Assembly: GCA_951406725.2 (NCBI GenBank)
Contig: OX597831.1
Coordinates: 6,758,001-6,822,000, forward strand
DNA length: 64,000 nt
Direction: 5' to 3'
DNA from: Octopus vulgaris
Lineage: Eukaryota
The translations under genes and the position numbers were made by a program. Numbering within the stretch: the first letter of the stretch is position 1; the number at the start of each line of letters is the position of its first letter. The notes beneath the pieces are model-generated. The model made no database searches. It saw only the letters and a program-made list of their open reading frames with translations, and was not told the origin of the DNA. Of the stretch, positions 13,515-27,474 are shown one piece after another.

Positions 13515-13825
13515 ATATATGGTCCTCATGAAGGCAAAGTGGCTGATTCCTTTCAAGCGGGCCTCACAGAGGTAAGATGGCTGAATTCCTTTCAAGCGTT
13601 GGTCCTCATGGAGTTGAGGTGGCTGAGTTCCTTTTGAGCAGGCCTCACAGAGGTAAGATGGCTGAGTTCCTTTCAAGCGTTTGGCCTCACGGAGGCAAAG
13701 TGGCTGAGTTCCATTCGAGTGTTGGTCCTCATGGAGTCGAGGTGGCTGAGTTCCTTTCGAGCGGGCCTCACAGAGGTAAGATGGCTGAGTTCCTTTCGAG
13801 TGTTGGGCCTCATGGAGGCAAAGCT
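13515..13825 (+). repeat. Minisatellite with ~40-42-bp units
   Basis: About 7 copies of tggctgagttcctttc(g/a)agc..gg(t/c)ctca...gg, in roughly alternating variants. Confidence 0.85.
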
Positions 13826-13944
13826 CAAGACCTTTGGCATTATGTCATTCTTGAGAAGAAGACCCATCAACCCGAGCAAAATCAGTTGTGGCAGATACCA
13901 GTGTCATGCCCGTGCTGGTGATGATGATGATGATGATATATATA

Positions 13945-15150
13945 CACACAGGATGTACTCCCAAAATGTATACACATTTTCATTCCTAATAACTCACTTC
14001 ATTTTCATTTCATTTTAGATTTAACCCACAAGAGGGGACAAGGCTAAACTTTAAACAAAGTGTTACTGGAAGACTGAAAATGCAGTCAAAGTGTAAAGAC
14101 AATTTATGTGGGAGTTTCAAAGAAATCCATCAACATAATTTGAATTAGAAATAAGTTTGAAGTAGATGGAACTGTTCAGAATGTTCTGGAAAACTGCAGG
14201 ACATTAGCAAACCTTACAATGCAAGAATGGGTACTAGGAACATATTGCCAAAGTTCAATAAAATCTGTGTCAAGCAAATTGTGAGATAGCAATATCAAAA
14301 TCAAGCATTCATTGCATTTAGCAGCAGTGTTATAGACAAAATGACATTCCAAGAACAGTTTATTCTCTCAGAGAAGATGATCTGGACCAAAAAATGGAGT
14401 TTTGTGAATGTGGTCACTCAGCAAAGTGCCGAAGATGCACACTTTCCAATAAAGATTGTTTGAAAGGATGACACGACATTTCAATTAAATGGCTCAATTA
14501 ACCACTGCAATTATACTTAGTGGATGTGGTGTTAACGGTGTTATGGGCTGTGATGAGCTATGTGGTGTTGGTGGAGAGGATGGTAGATGAAGCAAAGGGA
14601 AGTGAAGACTGCAGGGGCCGGCGGAAGAGCCACAAGGGCATGCGTGGGCAGGAAGCACGTGTGGTCAGTTTGAGCAAAGACGTGTTTATTTCTTGAGAGT
14701 GACCGCTGATTCTGCCGAGGTCAACAGGTAAGGCCTTTTGTATTTCTTTCTCCCGTTGCTTCTTTTTCTCTTGTCCTTTTCTTCCATCACACTACAGTGG
14801 AGACATGAGAATCTATTACAGAGGGACAGTATGTTAATTTATCAAAAGTTACAGTATGATGCGGTTTACCTTCAAAAGATTAATTGGATCCTTCTTTTTT
14901 GATAGAACTGTGACTGGTCCCGATCATTTGAACTTACTCTCACAATCTGTCATGCCAAGCATTCGAGAGGACTTTCAAAATGTGGAGTTTCATTTCCAGT
15001 AAGGTGTGATACTCCTACACTATGATAATAATGTAAGGAGCTGCCTTGATGAGATTTTGCCAAACAAGTGGATTGGATGTGGAAATTCAGTAGAATAGCT
15101 TTTGCATTTCTCAGACGTCACACCACAAGAATATAGAGTTTGCAGTACAA
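13945..15150 (+). mobile_element. Degenerate Tc1/mariner-superfamily DNA transposon
   Basis: Frameshifted transposase-like motifs [64 protein letters not shown]. Interrupted by a solo LTR. Confidence 0.7.
14525..14796. mobile_element. Solo LTR (272 bp)
   Basis: Starts TGTGGTG and ends CACTACA (TG...CA with an imperfect inverted repeat). Exact 5-bp TSD gtgga at 14520-14524 and 14797-14801. Confidence 0.8.
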
Positions 15151-15341
15151 AACAGCAGCAGACAACAAACTGAGGGCAGCAACTGAATGAGAATGTGGAT
15201 AAATATTTAATGAAACGTTTCTTGATGTTTGTCATTCCATTGCTTTGAATAATGATCAGTGCCGGGACTAGGAAAAAAAGGAAATTCTGTCTGTTGATTC
15301 TATCAAATTTTGAAAAGGAAATACCTTTTTCTTTACTAACC

Positions 15342-15750
15342 ACAAGGGGCTAAACACAGAGGGGACAAACAAGGACAGACAAACGGATTAACCCTTTAGT
15401 ATTTAAACCGGCCATATCCGGCCAAAATATTTAATCTGTTTTATGTTCAAACTGACCAGATCCAGGCTCTCACACCTACCCTACAATGTTATTCTACATT
15501 AAGTAATTACACCATCAAGATCTTGAAGATATGAGATAATGCATGATTAATTCAAATCAATGTGAATCAATAAGCATTATGTTTGATAGAATAATCAGAA
15601 CACTAAAGGGTTAAGTCAATTATATCGACTGCAGTGCGTAAATGGTACTTAATTTATTTACCTCGAAAGGATGAATGGCAAAGTCGACCTCAGCGGAATT
15701 TGAACTCAGACGAAATACGGCTACGCCCAGCGTGTTAACGTTTATGCCAG
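15342..15750 (-). mobile_element. tRNA-derived SINE (same family as 32070-32299), interrupted by a MITE
   Basis: Reverse complement of gagttcaaattccgctgaggtcgac...ttgtttgtcccctctgtgtttagccccttgt. Confidence 0.75.
15392..15610. mobile_element. piggyBac-type MITE
   Basis: TTAA TSD (15388-15391, 15611-15614) and ccctttagt...actaaaggg termini. Same family as 44425-44634, in the opposite orientation. Confidence 0.8.
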
Positions 15751-18400
15751 GAATTATATTATTTCAAACACTTACTTTGTAATTAGTTAATTTGTATATA
15801 CATAATTTGGGCGCGCTCGCACACACACACACACTGTTTAATTGTTGTGATATTTACCACGTTACTCAGCCAGCTGCCACACATACTCTCTCTCTCTCTC
15901 TCTCTCTCAATTACACGTTGCACAATTAATGAAATTATGATTTACAAAAAATTAGGTTGGAAACAAAAGCAGCAATGTTGCCTCCTGAACAATAGGGAAT
16001 GGCTTGTTGAGACTGACATGGTAAAAGTTCTCTTGAATTTTAACAGACAGGCAAGTGAAAGGAAAACAACAAAAAGGAAAAAAAAGGTTGATCTTTAAAT
16101 CCTTATGGATTTAGGCCAGTTGAAGTGAACTAATCTGTTGTTATTATAGAATTGTAGAAAAACTGTGAAGTCATGAGTGAAATCAATGAAATCATTACAG
16201 CAAGTGGAAGCATGAAGATGGCAGCTGATGCCACAGCACTGAGCAACATTATTGGCAATATAAAAAACAAAACAAACCAATAAATAAACATATTTTTCAA
16301 TTCCTAATCCAACACACATTCAAATACACACACACAACACTACATTTGATATGTTAAATTTACCACTTCATTCATATAGAAACACACACATGCTCTTCCC
16401 CACGAACTCCTCCACCCTTACTGCCATCTTTCAATTCCATCACTTTGTTACACCCAAAACATTAAGGATACTAGAAGCAGCTTTGTTGTCATCTAAATAC
16501 GAAACAATAACAAACTCTGTCTTCAGATAAATTGAGTACTTTTTGGATTTTCAGACACCTTAAACTGTATGACTAAGGCTACATGTACTATGTATAAATC
16601 AATCAATCAGTCAGTCAGTCTGTCTGTCTATCTATCAAAATATGTCATCTCCACCCTCCCAAATACTACCCCATCCCTTGCTTTCTCTTTTCTTGTTCTT
16701 TCTTCTGCTTTGCAAATTACTTGGCAACCCCACCGGTGCCAGTGCCACATAAAAAGCACCCAGTAAAACACTGTAAAGTGGTTGCTGTTAGGAAGGCCAT
16801 TCAGCTGTAGGAACCATGCAAAAGCTGATGCTGGAGTTCAATACAGCCCTGTGGTTCCCTGGGCCTGGTCAAGTCGTCCTGCAGAGGTCGGGTGTGTGTC
16901 ATGGAAACCAGATGCAAATGGAATGTGTATGTGTTTAAAGTAAACAAATGCATGAACAGATCCATAATTAAAATTAGTTTATTTACTGGACTTGATTTGT
17001 TATAGGCACACTTAATTCTTCACTACATACAAAATGTTGACAACTGCTACGAGTTGCTAGAAATATAAACAGGGTACATTCGTTCGTGGCCGTTTGCCAG
17101 CTCTGTCTGGCACTTGTGCGGGTGGCACGTAAAAAGCACCCACTACACTCACGGAGTGGTTGGCGTTAGGAAGGGCATCCAGCCGTAGAAACACTGCCAG
17201 ATCTGACTGGGCCTGATGAAGCCTTCCAGCTTCACAGACCCCAGTTGAACCGTCCAACCCATGCTAGCATGGAAGACGGACGCTAAATGATGATGATGAT
17301 GATATATCAGGAATGAATATCTTTGTGTGTGCGTAGTTCATTTGAGACAGTATTCTATCGTGGCACTTCGAACATTCTGTGCGGTCATTCAAAACCTGTT
17401 GTGTGGTCGACCTTCCTCGATGCCTGCAGGGATTTTCTCTCCCCTCGCCTCTGTTGACCATCATATTTATAATAAACGTGGCAGCTAGAAAGACAGACAT
17501 ACTGCAGCAGAGTTTCTACCCAAATAGGCCAGCTCCTGTCTGTTTGAACTTTTGTTTACAGTCCAACTCATGGCAGCATGGGAAATGCATGTTAAATGAT
17601 AATGATGATGATGATGGTGATACATGCATACATAGGTGCAGGCATGACTGTGTTGTTAAGGAGTTTTGCTTCCCAACCACGTGGTCTCAGGTTCAGTCCC
17701 ACTGTGTGTCATCTTCAGCAAGTGTCTTCTATTATAGCTTCATGGCAACCAAAGTCTTGTGAGTGGATTTGATAGATAGAAACTGAAAGAAGCCCATTGT
17801 GTGTGAACTGTGTATGTTCGTGCATCTGTCCTGACATTCCACAAATAGTGTCATTCATTTCATGCACAAACATGTCTGAAGATGGGGAAATATTTCCTTG
17901 CTTAGAAATAGGTGAGGGTTGGCAACAGTGAGGTTGTTGCCAGTACCGCCTGACTGGCCCCCCGTACTGGAGGCACATAAAAGCACCCACTACACTCTCG
18001 GAGTGGTTGGTGTTAGGAAGGGCATCCAGCTGTAGAAACTCTGCCAGATCAAGACTGGAGCCTGGTGCAGCCATCTGGTTCGCCAGCCAACAGTCAAACC
18101 ATCCAACCCATGCTAGCATGGAAAGCGGACGTTAAACGATGATGATGATGATGATGATGATATATATATACACACACACATACACTTATATTAAAACATG
18201 TGTTTAAGACGTGTTCACTCTACATGTGATTTTGGGTTCAACAGCGAGGTACCTTCAGCAAGTTTCCTTTACTATAACCCTGGGCTAATCAATGCCTTGT
18301 GAACAAATTTACTAAACAGAAACTGTACAAAGCCCTTGGAATGTGCATATATTTATGTGCGGGTGCGTATTTATATGTGAGTGTGAATATATATATATAT

Positions 18401-18777
18401 GGCACAGGAGTGGCTGTGTGGTAAGTAGTTTGCTTACCAACCACATGGTTCCGGGTTCAGTCCCACTGCGTGGCACCTTGGGCAAGTGTCTTCTACTATA
18501 GCCTTGGGCCGACCAATGCCTTGTGAGTGGATTTGGTAGACAGAAACTGAAAGAAGCCTGTCGTATATATGTATATGTGTGTCTGTGTTTGTCCCCCTAG
18601 CATTGTTTGACAACTGATGCTGGTGTGTTTATGCTCCCGTCACTTAGCGGTTCGGCAAAAGAGACCGATAGAATAAGTACTTGGCTTACAAAGAATAAGT
18701 CCCGGGGTCGATTTGCTTGACTAAAGGCGGTGCTCCAGCATGGCCACAGTCAAATGACTGAAACAAGTAAGAGAGAG
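18401..18777 (+). mobile_element. tRNA-derived octopus-type SINE, near full length
   Basis: A-box-like gtggctgtgtggt and B-box-like ggttcagtccc. Body and tail are shared with copies at about 8315-9245, 17637-17800, 21790-21990, 25205-25365 and 54467-54740. Confidence 0.85.
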
Positions 18778-19344
18778 ATATGTATGTATTTATGTATGTA
18801 ATAAATCGTCATATGCATAGTGAACTGTGAGAATCAAAGTGATGGCTTTGCATTTTTATATTCCAGCAGATTCAAATGTGAATCTGCTAATCAATGTTGT
18901 TTTTCATTACAGGAGAGCGACTTCCTCTTTACAATGAATATGTGTTGATACCAAAGTCAATTCATTAGCATAAGAGACATTGGGACATCTAATGTTTCGA
19001 TATCATTGTATCTTGCCAGACGGAGGCACCCGAACTAATTTATCTGACAGGAGTCAAACCTCTTGCTGATAGCTTCAGAATACAAACTGTTTTGTGGGCC
19101 ACAATGAACAAATTTAACATGGGGGGAAAAAGCTCACTCATACCATTCAAGGACTGTACACCAAAGTAACCAGTGCTGTATTCCTGCAAGGCACCATTGG
19201 AGAATGGTGCCATACCGCTGTAGGAGTTTTTCAAGGATGATCCCTCTCTCTTACCAACCTCAAAATCTTCTTAAAGAGGATTCTGAATGATAGCTTTGAA
19301 GGTTTTGTGAGCACACTCTTTTTTTTTTTGAGGTAGGAACATTA

Positions 19345-19840
19345 AAAATCCAAGATTTACTAGTGACATTGATGGAATAGTAGCAAGAGGAGATGAATTG
19401 TTTGGATTAGTCCAGAATCTTGGTAGAACTTCCATCTACATAGGAGATGGAAGTCAAGACTGTAAATACTAAACTCTAGACAAATACCAGCAGTACCATC
19501 TCAACAGACATCTTTGTAATAAGGAGTGGAATTAGAGATATTGCAGATGTTTAGATATACCTGGCCGCAATTAATGTCAATGGTAAATAAGTTCTGAAAT
19601 GATTGGAAGAAACACCTTAGGGGTTTCATACCTGGATCATAAACGAGTGGGTTTTGTAAAATCATTCAGCAACACATTAGCTTCCAGTCACATAACAAGA
19701 TCTAATGGCCTTTGCAAAAAAAAACATTCTTCAAGGAACTGTGGAAGGGAGGGGGAAAAAGACAAGGACAGAGAAAAAATGGACAATTAATATAAAGGAA
19801 TGGATAGGCAAATTGCTAGCAGACACCCAGGTTTTGGCAC
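19345..19840 (+). mobile_element. Degenerate RTE-clade LINE RT/C-terminal fragment
   Basis: RFTSDIDGI (degenerate [Y/F]ADD) and HITRSNG..KNILQGTVEGRGKKTR..KKW. Confidence 0.65.
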
Positions 19841-19863
19841 GTTACTGTGACTCCACGACGACG

Positions 19864-19894
<31 letters not shown>

Positions 19895-21723
19895 ATATTT
19901 TGCACAGGGCAATTTTTCTGCTCCATACCTACCATAAAACATATAAATGAGAATTCTTCTTTCATAAACTGAATCTACAGAAAAAATAGGCTAAATGTAT
20001 GCAAATTAATTTGCATATATCGAATACATTCTGTCAACCACAGTAAGAGAGCCAGGTGTTGTGTTTTAGAGGAGAGAAAACAACTTCAAAACTATAAAAA
20101 ATAAAAGACATGTCTAACATATAACTAGTACAAAAGAAAGCTCTTATTTCATTAAGAAAAACGTTTCTATGAAGCATTTTGGCGAAAATTAGTTGTTTAA
20201 AAGAAGTTTTGGGAATAAAGATATTAGTTGCTTGACTCAATAAAATCAGATAAATATTGATTTTTTTTTTACTTCATATGTTGTATACACACATACAAAT
20301 GGGTTTGACCAAATATATATCGTTGGCAGGATATAAAAACATTGCTCAACTTATTGATATTTCACTTTATGTCAACATTTTCGGTGACATTTGCCGTAAG
20401 AGTCTTGAAAAACTTGGCTTGTGAATCCATTTGAAAAATCAACATTATCATCGTCACGTGACAACCAAGCATTATAACGTTCCAAGTATAAAATCGTCAA
20501 AGCACAATGACCCACAATATCTAATAATGTCGCGGAATTATTTGACAAGTAATAGAGCTGTGAATGTGTTATTCCATTTGGTGTGTGCGATTCCGAGCTT
20601 TGCTTTCTTGCTGGCGAGGCCAAGTTAAATTAATATAAATTATAATTCCATTCACAACTAAGATATAGTAAAAAAATACAAATCAATCTTAGTATAAGAC
20701 TATTTTGCCCTCGAAAATATGGAAGATAGAGTTGACCTCGGTCAGATCTGAACACTAGACACTTAGTATTTTGCTCAACTCTCTAACGAGTTTTCTATTG
20801 TACCGTTAAGGTAATCCCTAGAAGAGCCAATTGACAAAACGTCAGACTAAAAGCTTCCTCGAATAGTTTTATATTAAGTTCTGGGTTCAACTTGCACCGG
20901 AATCGATTTTTGCCATTCCTCATCTCTGTTTCACAAAGACAAGTAACAATACTAAAGAGAGTCAATGGACTCGATAATAAAACTTGACCTGCTGACAAGA
21001 AAAAGGAAAAAAATCAATTGAAAGCACGCGGATATTTTGTGGTGTTCTAATTTTTTTCTTTTTTCGTAGTAACAAAGAAATTGTGGATAAACTGAACGAG
21101 TAAATTATCCGTACACTCATTAATATTCCTCGTGCGTGTCCATGGTCTTTTGAACGATTCAGCCGATCGAATAACATGGTTTGTTGCTGGTACTTAGCCC
21201 CCGTCAAGCCTTGTAGAGAGATCAATAATCAAGGGGTTTCCAAGCGTGACTACCACGTCTTCATGTATATCAAGGACTAGACAGTCGAAATTTTTTTTTT
21301 TATTTTTAAAACAGTTGGTGGTAATTTGAAAATTTCGATTTTTTTTCCTACTCAAATCATCTTCAAATAATATTTACCGATCAGGTTTTGACGTGAAGGT
21401 CTCAACAGTCTTGACTCAACCAATTCGTTTCAGATCTTACACTGGAGATCAAAGGAGAATTTACTGGCGCATTTTGGAAAGTTCGAAATTGCTGACAGAC
21501 TTCGTATTGAAAGTCAGACCTCACTCCGCAACAACGCAAAAAAAAAAAAATTAATTAAAATAAAATAAAATAAATTAAAAACCTCCCACCTATGTTTAAA
21601 GTTAAAAATTGGTAAATTTAGAGAGAAAAACTTACCTTGTTCTATTACGTGTAAAAAACTTAAAATAACTCGTTTTCAACCGCACGGATTTTCTGAAGTC
21701 ATATTTACACACACACGTGTGTG

Positions 21724-21803
<80 letters not shown>

Positions 21804-22959
21804 TCCCCCTAGCATTGCTTGATAACCGATGCTGGTGTGTTTACGTCCCCGTCACTTAGCGGTTCGGCAAAAGTGACCGATAGAATAAGTACTGGGCTTA
21901 CAAAGAATAAGTCCCGGGGTCGATTTGCTCGACTAAAGGCGGTGCTCCAGCATGGCCGCAGTCAAATGACTGAAACAAGTAAAAGAGTAAAAGATATATA
22001 TATATATATGTGTGTGTGTGTGTATGCATACATACACACACACACAGATGTATATTTGTATATGCGTGTATGTATCTGTATGTGTGTACGTACGTACTTA
22101 TGTATGTATGTATGTATGTATGTATGTATGTATAAAGCTGCGGCCCAACGTTTGAGAACCAATTTTTAAAAAATGCTTTTGTCAGACGTAATTTGTGAAT
22201 TCTAGTTGCAAAGACGAATATCAATAATGCAGAACCCAATCATTACAGATTTTATTCCAATCGGTTGTTAAACATTATTCTGGGCTCCATCGTTCCATAT
22301 TAATGCTCTTCTCTTCTATTTCCCCGTTTTATATGATAAAAAATATATAAAGATAAATATATAAATACTTACAAAACCGAAGATCACACGGTAACCCAAT
22401 GGTAACACCAACGACTAATCTAGCTATCCTTGGGAAAAAAACGGGTGATTTCTGAGAATTCTTTTTGGAGAACCTTTTAATCGTACTTTAAGTGGGACAA
22501 CGTATTTGAAATAAGAGCCTGGCGACCTCAATTGTAGGGAGCCGCCCTTCAGCTCCATCGCTGGTTCAGGCAATTATTTTATTAAAGTATAAGCTTTCCT
22601 TAGACCGTTTAACCTATTTTTCTGATTCTACTATTCAAGACACTCTAAAAAATGATAAAGGAAATCAAACCCTTAAACTAATCTCCTGTGATTCGACAAA
22701 TTCATAGATCTTGGAGGTGGGACCCAATTATTCGGCATTTGGAACTACATGAACCCTCGATCTCTTCAATGACAATTCCCAACTCTATTTTCTATTGACA
22801 ATAAAGATCTATAGAACTAGAATTCAGTTTCTTATAAAATGACCTTTTAAACGGGTATCTAGATTTTCAAAATACCCAGGAATTCATATGTCCACAGACG
22901 TCCTTTCTGTGGGTAATTTTTCTAACACAAAATTAAATTCTTTGTCACCACACACACGC

Positions 22960-23230
22960 ACACATCATGCATCCACATCCACATACATATATACATAGAT
23001 GTGTCCATATACATACATACATACATAGATGTGTCCACATACATACATACATAAATACATACATACATACATGCCTACATACATACATACATGCCTACAT
23101 ACATACATACATACATACATACATAAATAAATACATACATGCCTACATACATACATACATAAAATACATACATACATACATGCCTACATGCATACGTACA
23201 TACATACATACACATACACACACATATACA
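22960..23230. repeat. (ATAC)n compound microsatellite
   Basis: Seen directly. Confidence 0.95.
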
Positions 23231-24274
23231 GTATTTCTGTGTGTATATTTACCGATATAATGTTTACTTATTGTATTTTAAAATTAAATTAACCGTTTCT
23301 TCTGCAGGTGTAAAGTATAAGTACACACACACACACACACAATGTGGCGCAATATAGATGTATAATATATATGAATAGATAAGGACACACACACACACAC
23401 ACATCTAGAAAATGGTCATCTAATTATTATATATGATATATATATAAGCATAGAGTTATTTGCCTATTTTCAGTATTTCATCATCCACAGCAAACTTCGC
23501 CAATATTCTTTCATCACACAAAACCCACATGTACCATCAAATTTACACATCACATGTAATATATACACCCACATATATACATATACGAGAGGTAGGTGCG
23601 TCATTTACCGTATCGTAGACTCTGCAGCGATGATAGATCCTCTCTCATTTTACCTGAGAATCGTTGATGACAGGTGAGGAGTATTGTCAATAGAAGCTGC
23701 CAGCTGTGTCGACTACACACAGCCACCATTCCAGTAGTCCAACTCTCTTCAACACCCTCACACTTACACTCACACTCAACAATAGTGAAACTACAACTCA
23801 TACCCTTCCCCCCCTTTTTTTTCTTCTATCCTCGCCTCCGCTTTACGCTTCTCCATCTCTCTCCCTCTTTCTTCAACTTTTTCCCTCTCTCTCTCTCTTC
23901 GCCTTCTCTCTCTCTCCATCTCTTCTCCCCCTCTCATATAAAACTATATTAATTATTCAATGTCACTTTATGCCTATGGTTTTGTTGCTTCAAAATCAAT
24001 TTTAATGCTCCTACACAGACTACATTCATGCACACACACACACACACACACCTATTCACATCCTTATCTCTGTGCGCGCGCGTATATATATGTATGTATA
24101 TATATATGTATGTATGTATGTATGTAGTACAGTTAAGAAGAGAACTACTTACTACAGAAAACGAGTGTAAATATTTATTGTGTTAAAACCACGCTCTGTT
24201 ACTACACACATTGACCTCAGCACGACAATACATTGATGTATGTGTACACGCGTGTGATTATATATATATAAATG

Positions 24275-24305
24275 TCTATCTATCCATCCATCCATCCATC
24301 CATCC

Positions 24306-24380
<75 letters not shown>

Positions 24381-24415
24381 CATCCATCGTCTGTCTGTCT
24401 GTCTGTCTGTCTGTC

Positions 24416-24458
<43 letters not shown>

Positions 24459-24482
24459 ATCCATCCATCCATCCGTCCTCTG

Positions 24483-24536
<54 letters not shown>

Positions 24537-24557
24537 CATCCATCCATCCATCCGTCC

Positions 24558-24644
<87 letters not shown>

Positions 24645-24704
24645 ATCTATCTATCCATCCATCCATCCATCCATCCATCCATCCGTCTGTCTGTCTGTCT
24701 GTCC

Positions 24705-24770
<66 letters not shown>
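24275..24770. repeat. (ATCT)n/(ATCC)n/(GTCT)n compound microsatellite
   Basis: Seen directly; it explains the 232-aa and 178-aa low-complexity ORFs. Confidence 0.97.
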
Positions 24771-25362
24771 ATACTACACCCCCCACACACACAGACGAAT
24801 TCGCTTAGACATAGCGATACTTAATAAACCAGTTACTAGAGCTCAACAGACTCATGCTTCCGAGCTAAGAGCCAGGGGAGTACAGAGCATAATATCAATT
24901 AAAGAATGACAATAGAACATCAATTATGTAAACGACTTCATTAGCTTACAGCTGTTTCTGTTAACTGAAGCCTTGCGTTCAGAGCTGAGTGAGCGTGTGG
25001 TATCTTATAGCTTCCTCAGAGCCATTTAAACGAAGTTTATTGTTACCGAGAAACAGCCCTCCCCAAGCACCCCACCACTTGAGTTTGAAGGAGAAACGAA
25101 CGTAGTCACCTGAATGTATAAATGTGAATCTATGTGTGTGTGTGTGTGTGTGTGTTTGTATGTGTTTTATGTATGCCTGTATATGTGTATGTTTGTATGT
25201 ATGTATATGTGGCTGCGCGATATGATGTTCGCTTCCCAGCCATACGGGGTTTTGGGTTCTGTCCCACTGCATGGTACTTTGGTCAAGAGCCTTCTACCAT
25301 AGCCTCAAGTCAACCAAAAGTTTGTCAATAGATTTGGCAGACGGAAACTGAAAGCCCGTCGT

Positions 25363-25700
25363 ACACACACACACACACACGTATGTATGTATGTATGTAT
25401 GTATGTATGTATGTATGTATGTATGTATGTATGTATGTATGTATGTATGTATGTATGTATGTATGTATGTATGTATGTATGTATGTCATTATTCAGTTTT
25501 ATTTCAAGATTTCTTGTCAAGAGAGAAAGAGTCGGTTTCTAACCTAGATCCAAGGCTCCTTCATTGGAATTTCAACATGAACAGGGTTATTTTTGTATGT
25601 ATGTATGTATGTATGTATGTATGTATGTATGTATGTATGTATGTATGTATGTATGTACGTATGTATGTATGTATGTATGTATGTGTGTGTGTGTGCGTGT
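25363..25700. repeat. (CA)n/(GTAT)n microsatellite with a ~100-bp insert
   Basis: Seen directly. Confidence 0.95.
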
Positions 25701-25939
25701 ATGTATCTTCCAATGTGTAAAGCACAATTTTGCACCTAAGTCTCTAAACTTATGCAAAAGAACGCATCTTTCCATGGATAAGCTTGGACAGACTTTGTGA
25801 TTTTATCTGGGATTTGAAAAAAAAAACCCAAAAAAAAACCCCAAGAAAAATCCCTAAATTTTGCGTCACTCAATTTTCCAAGACCAACAAGAAACTTTCA
25901 ACATCGTTTTAACGTAATTTCTTCACACGCAAATGGATT

Positions 25940-26013
<74 letters not shown>

Positions 26014-27017
26014 CTGTGTCTGTGTCTGTGCGTGTGTGTGTTGGGATTTTATACAAACGGTCGGATGTTATAATATTTAACTGTAGCTAGTTTAGAGCGT
26101 TATAATTGCGAGTTCAAATCCTGCGCTGATCCACTTTGCATCGACGCGGTAACTACTAGTAGTATAATTATTAATATATCATATAAATGTACTTGGTCGG
26201 GACAGTCGATTACACATATATATATCCGTTCAATAAATGTCTTGTGATTAATATAGCACACACACACACACACACACACAAAAAATTATGTATGTATATA
26301 GTGGTTGTGTCACCGAAAACGAAGTCTTTAGACTGGTTCCCTGGTAAATAACATTTTGCCAATCCCGATCAAATTTCGTTTCATACTATGTAATTAGATT
26401 CCGTAGGTTAAAATAAATTAGTCTGCAGCTCATTTGCATTTTTTTGCTTGCCACGAATATAATTAATGTCTTACAATAACAGAATCTTTTCACAGAAAAA
26501 TGAAGAGAAAAAAGGCAATCGTAACGCAAACAAAAATAAACAAACTTAATACATGAATATAAAAACAGACAGCAGCGGCTTTTATTTGGAATTAATATCT
26601 TATTTTCCCTCCTGTTGCGGATTATGTTTATCAGCAATGACGTCATTTTCCCCCTCCCCTTCGTTCATTTACTTCTCCTCCTCCTCCTTTTACTCTTCCC
26701 CTCCTTCTTACACCTCATTAAATATACTTTTACTTTCTCTTTCTCCTTTTTTTATTATTATTTCTTCCCGTTTTTTTCTTTTTGTTTCTTTATCCTTCCG
26801 CTTTCTCGTTTTTCGGTTCGTTTTCTTTGTTCTTTTTCATTCTATCCTAATGTCTTTCTGCTTTACCTTCGTCTCTTTCACCTTTAACCTTTATAAATAT
26901 GTTTCTCCTCTCATCTTTTCTCTCTTTCCTCCTCATCTTCACCGCTTTCTCTCGTCCGTAATATTGTTTATCACGATTATCTTCCTTCCTCTCTAGTCTC
27001 CACCCTTTTCACTGTAC

Positions 27018-27270
27018 AGACAGAGAAAAAATATTGAAACTTATTTTGTCATTTACGTAGCTAAAGCAAAATCGAAAGATAGGAACTTAGAACCCTCCAA
27101 ACACCATTTAATTGACCAGTAAAAGACTTGTAAAAGACAGAGAAAAAATATTGAAACTTATTTTGTCATTTACGTAGCTAAAGCAAAATCGAAAGGTAGG
27201 AACTTAGAACCCTCCAAACACCATTTAATTGACCAGTAAAAGACTTGTAAAAGACAGAGAAAAAATATTG
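27018..27270 (+). repeat. Tandem duplication, 117-bp unit, about 2.2 copies
   Basis: agacagagaaaaaatattg recurs at 27018, 27135 and 27252; the two full units are nearly identical. Confidence 0.9.
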
Positions 27271-27474
27271 GTTTCGTTTTACCAATAACAACACCAAATT
27301 TGTTAAGGCAACTCATATAATTATTTGTAATCTTTTTCACCCTTCTTGTTTGAGAGGTGGAAGTCAAAGCTACTGTCTTGAAACAATACCATTAACAAAC
27401 ATTGATTGTAATTGACTGACTTGGAATATCAGTCCATATTGGTGAGTAAAACCTGTGGTTGTTTAAACCAATCA

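Noticed and set aside
22390-22920. Possible Penelope-like element remnant (also 12660-13200)
   Set aside because: Only a weak NGY-like motif and terminal-like words; too degenerate to support without a search.
21819-25800. Many ORFs rich in YVCM/IHTY/SIYL
   Set aside because: Translations of tetranucleotide and dinucleotide microsatellites and SINE bodies.
26553-26996. 147-aa hydrophobic F/S/L-rich ORF
   Set aside because: Translation of a polypyrimidine low-complexity tract.
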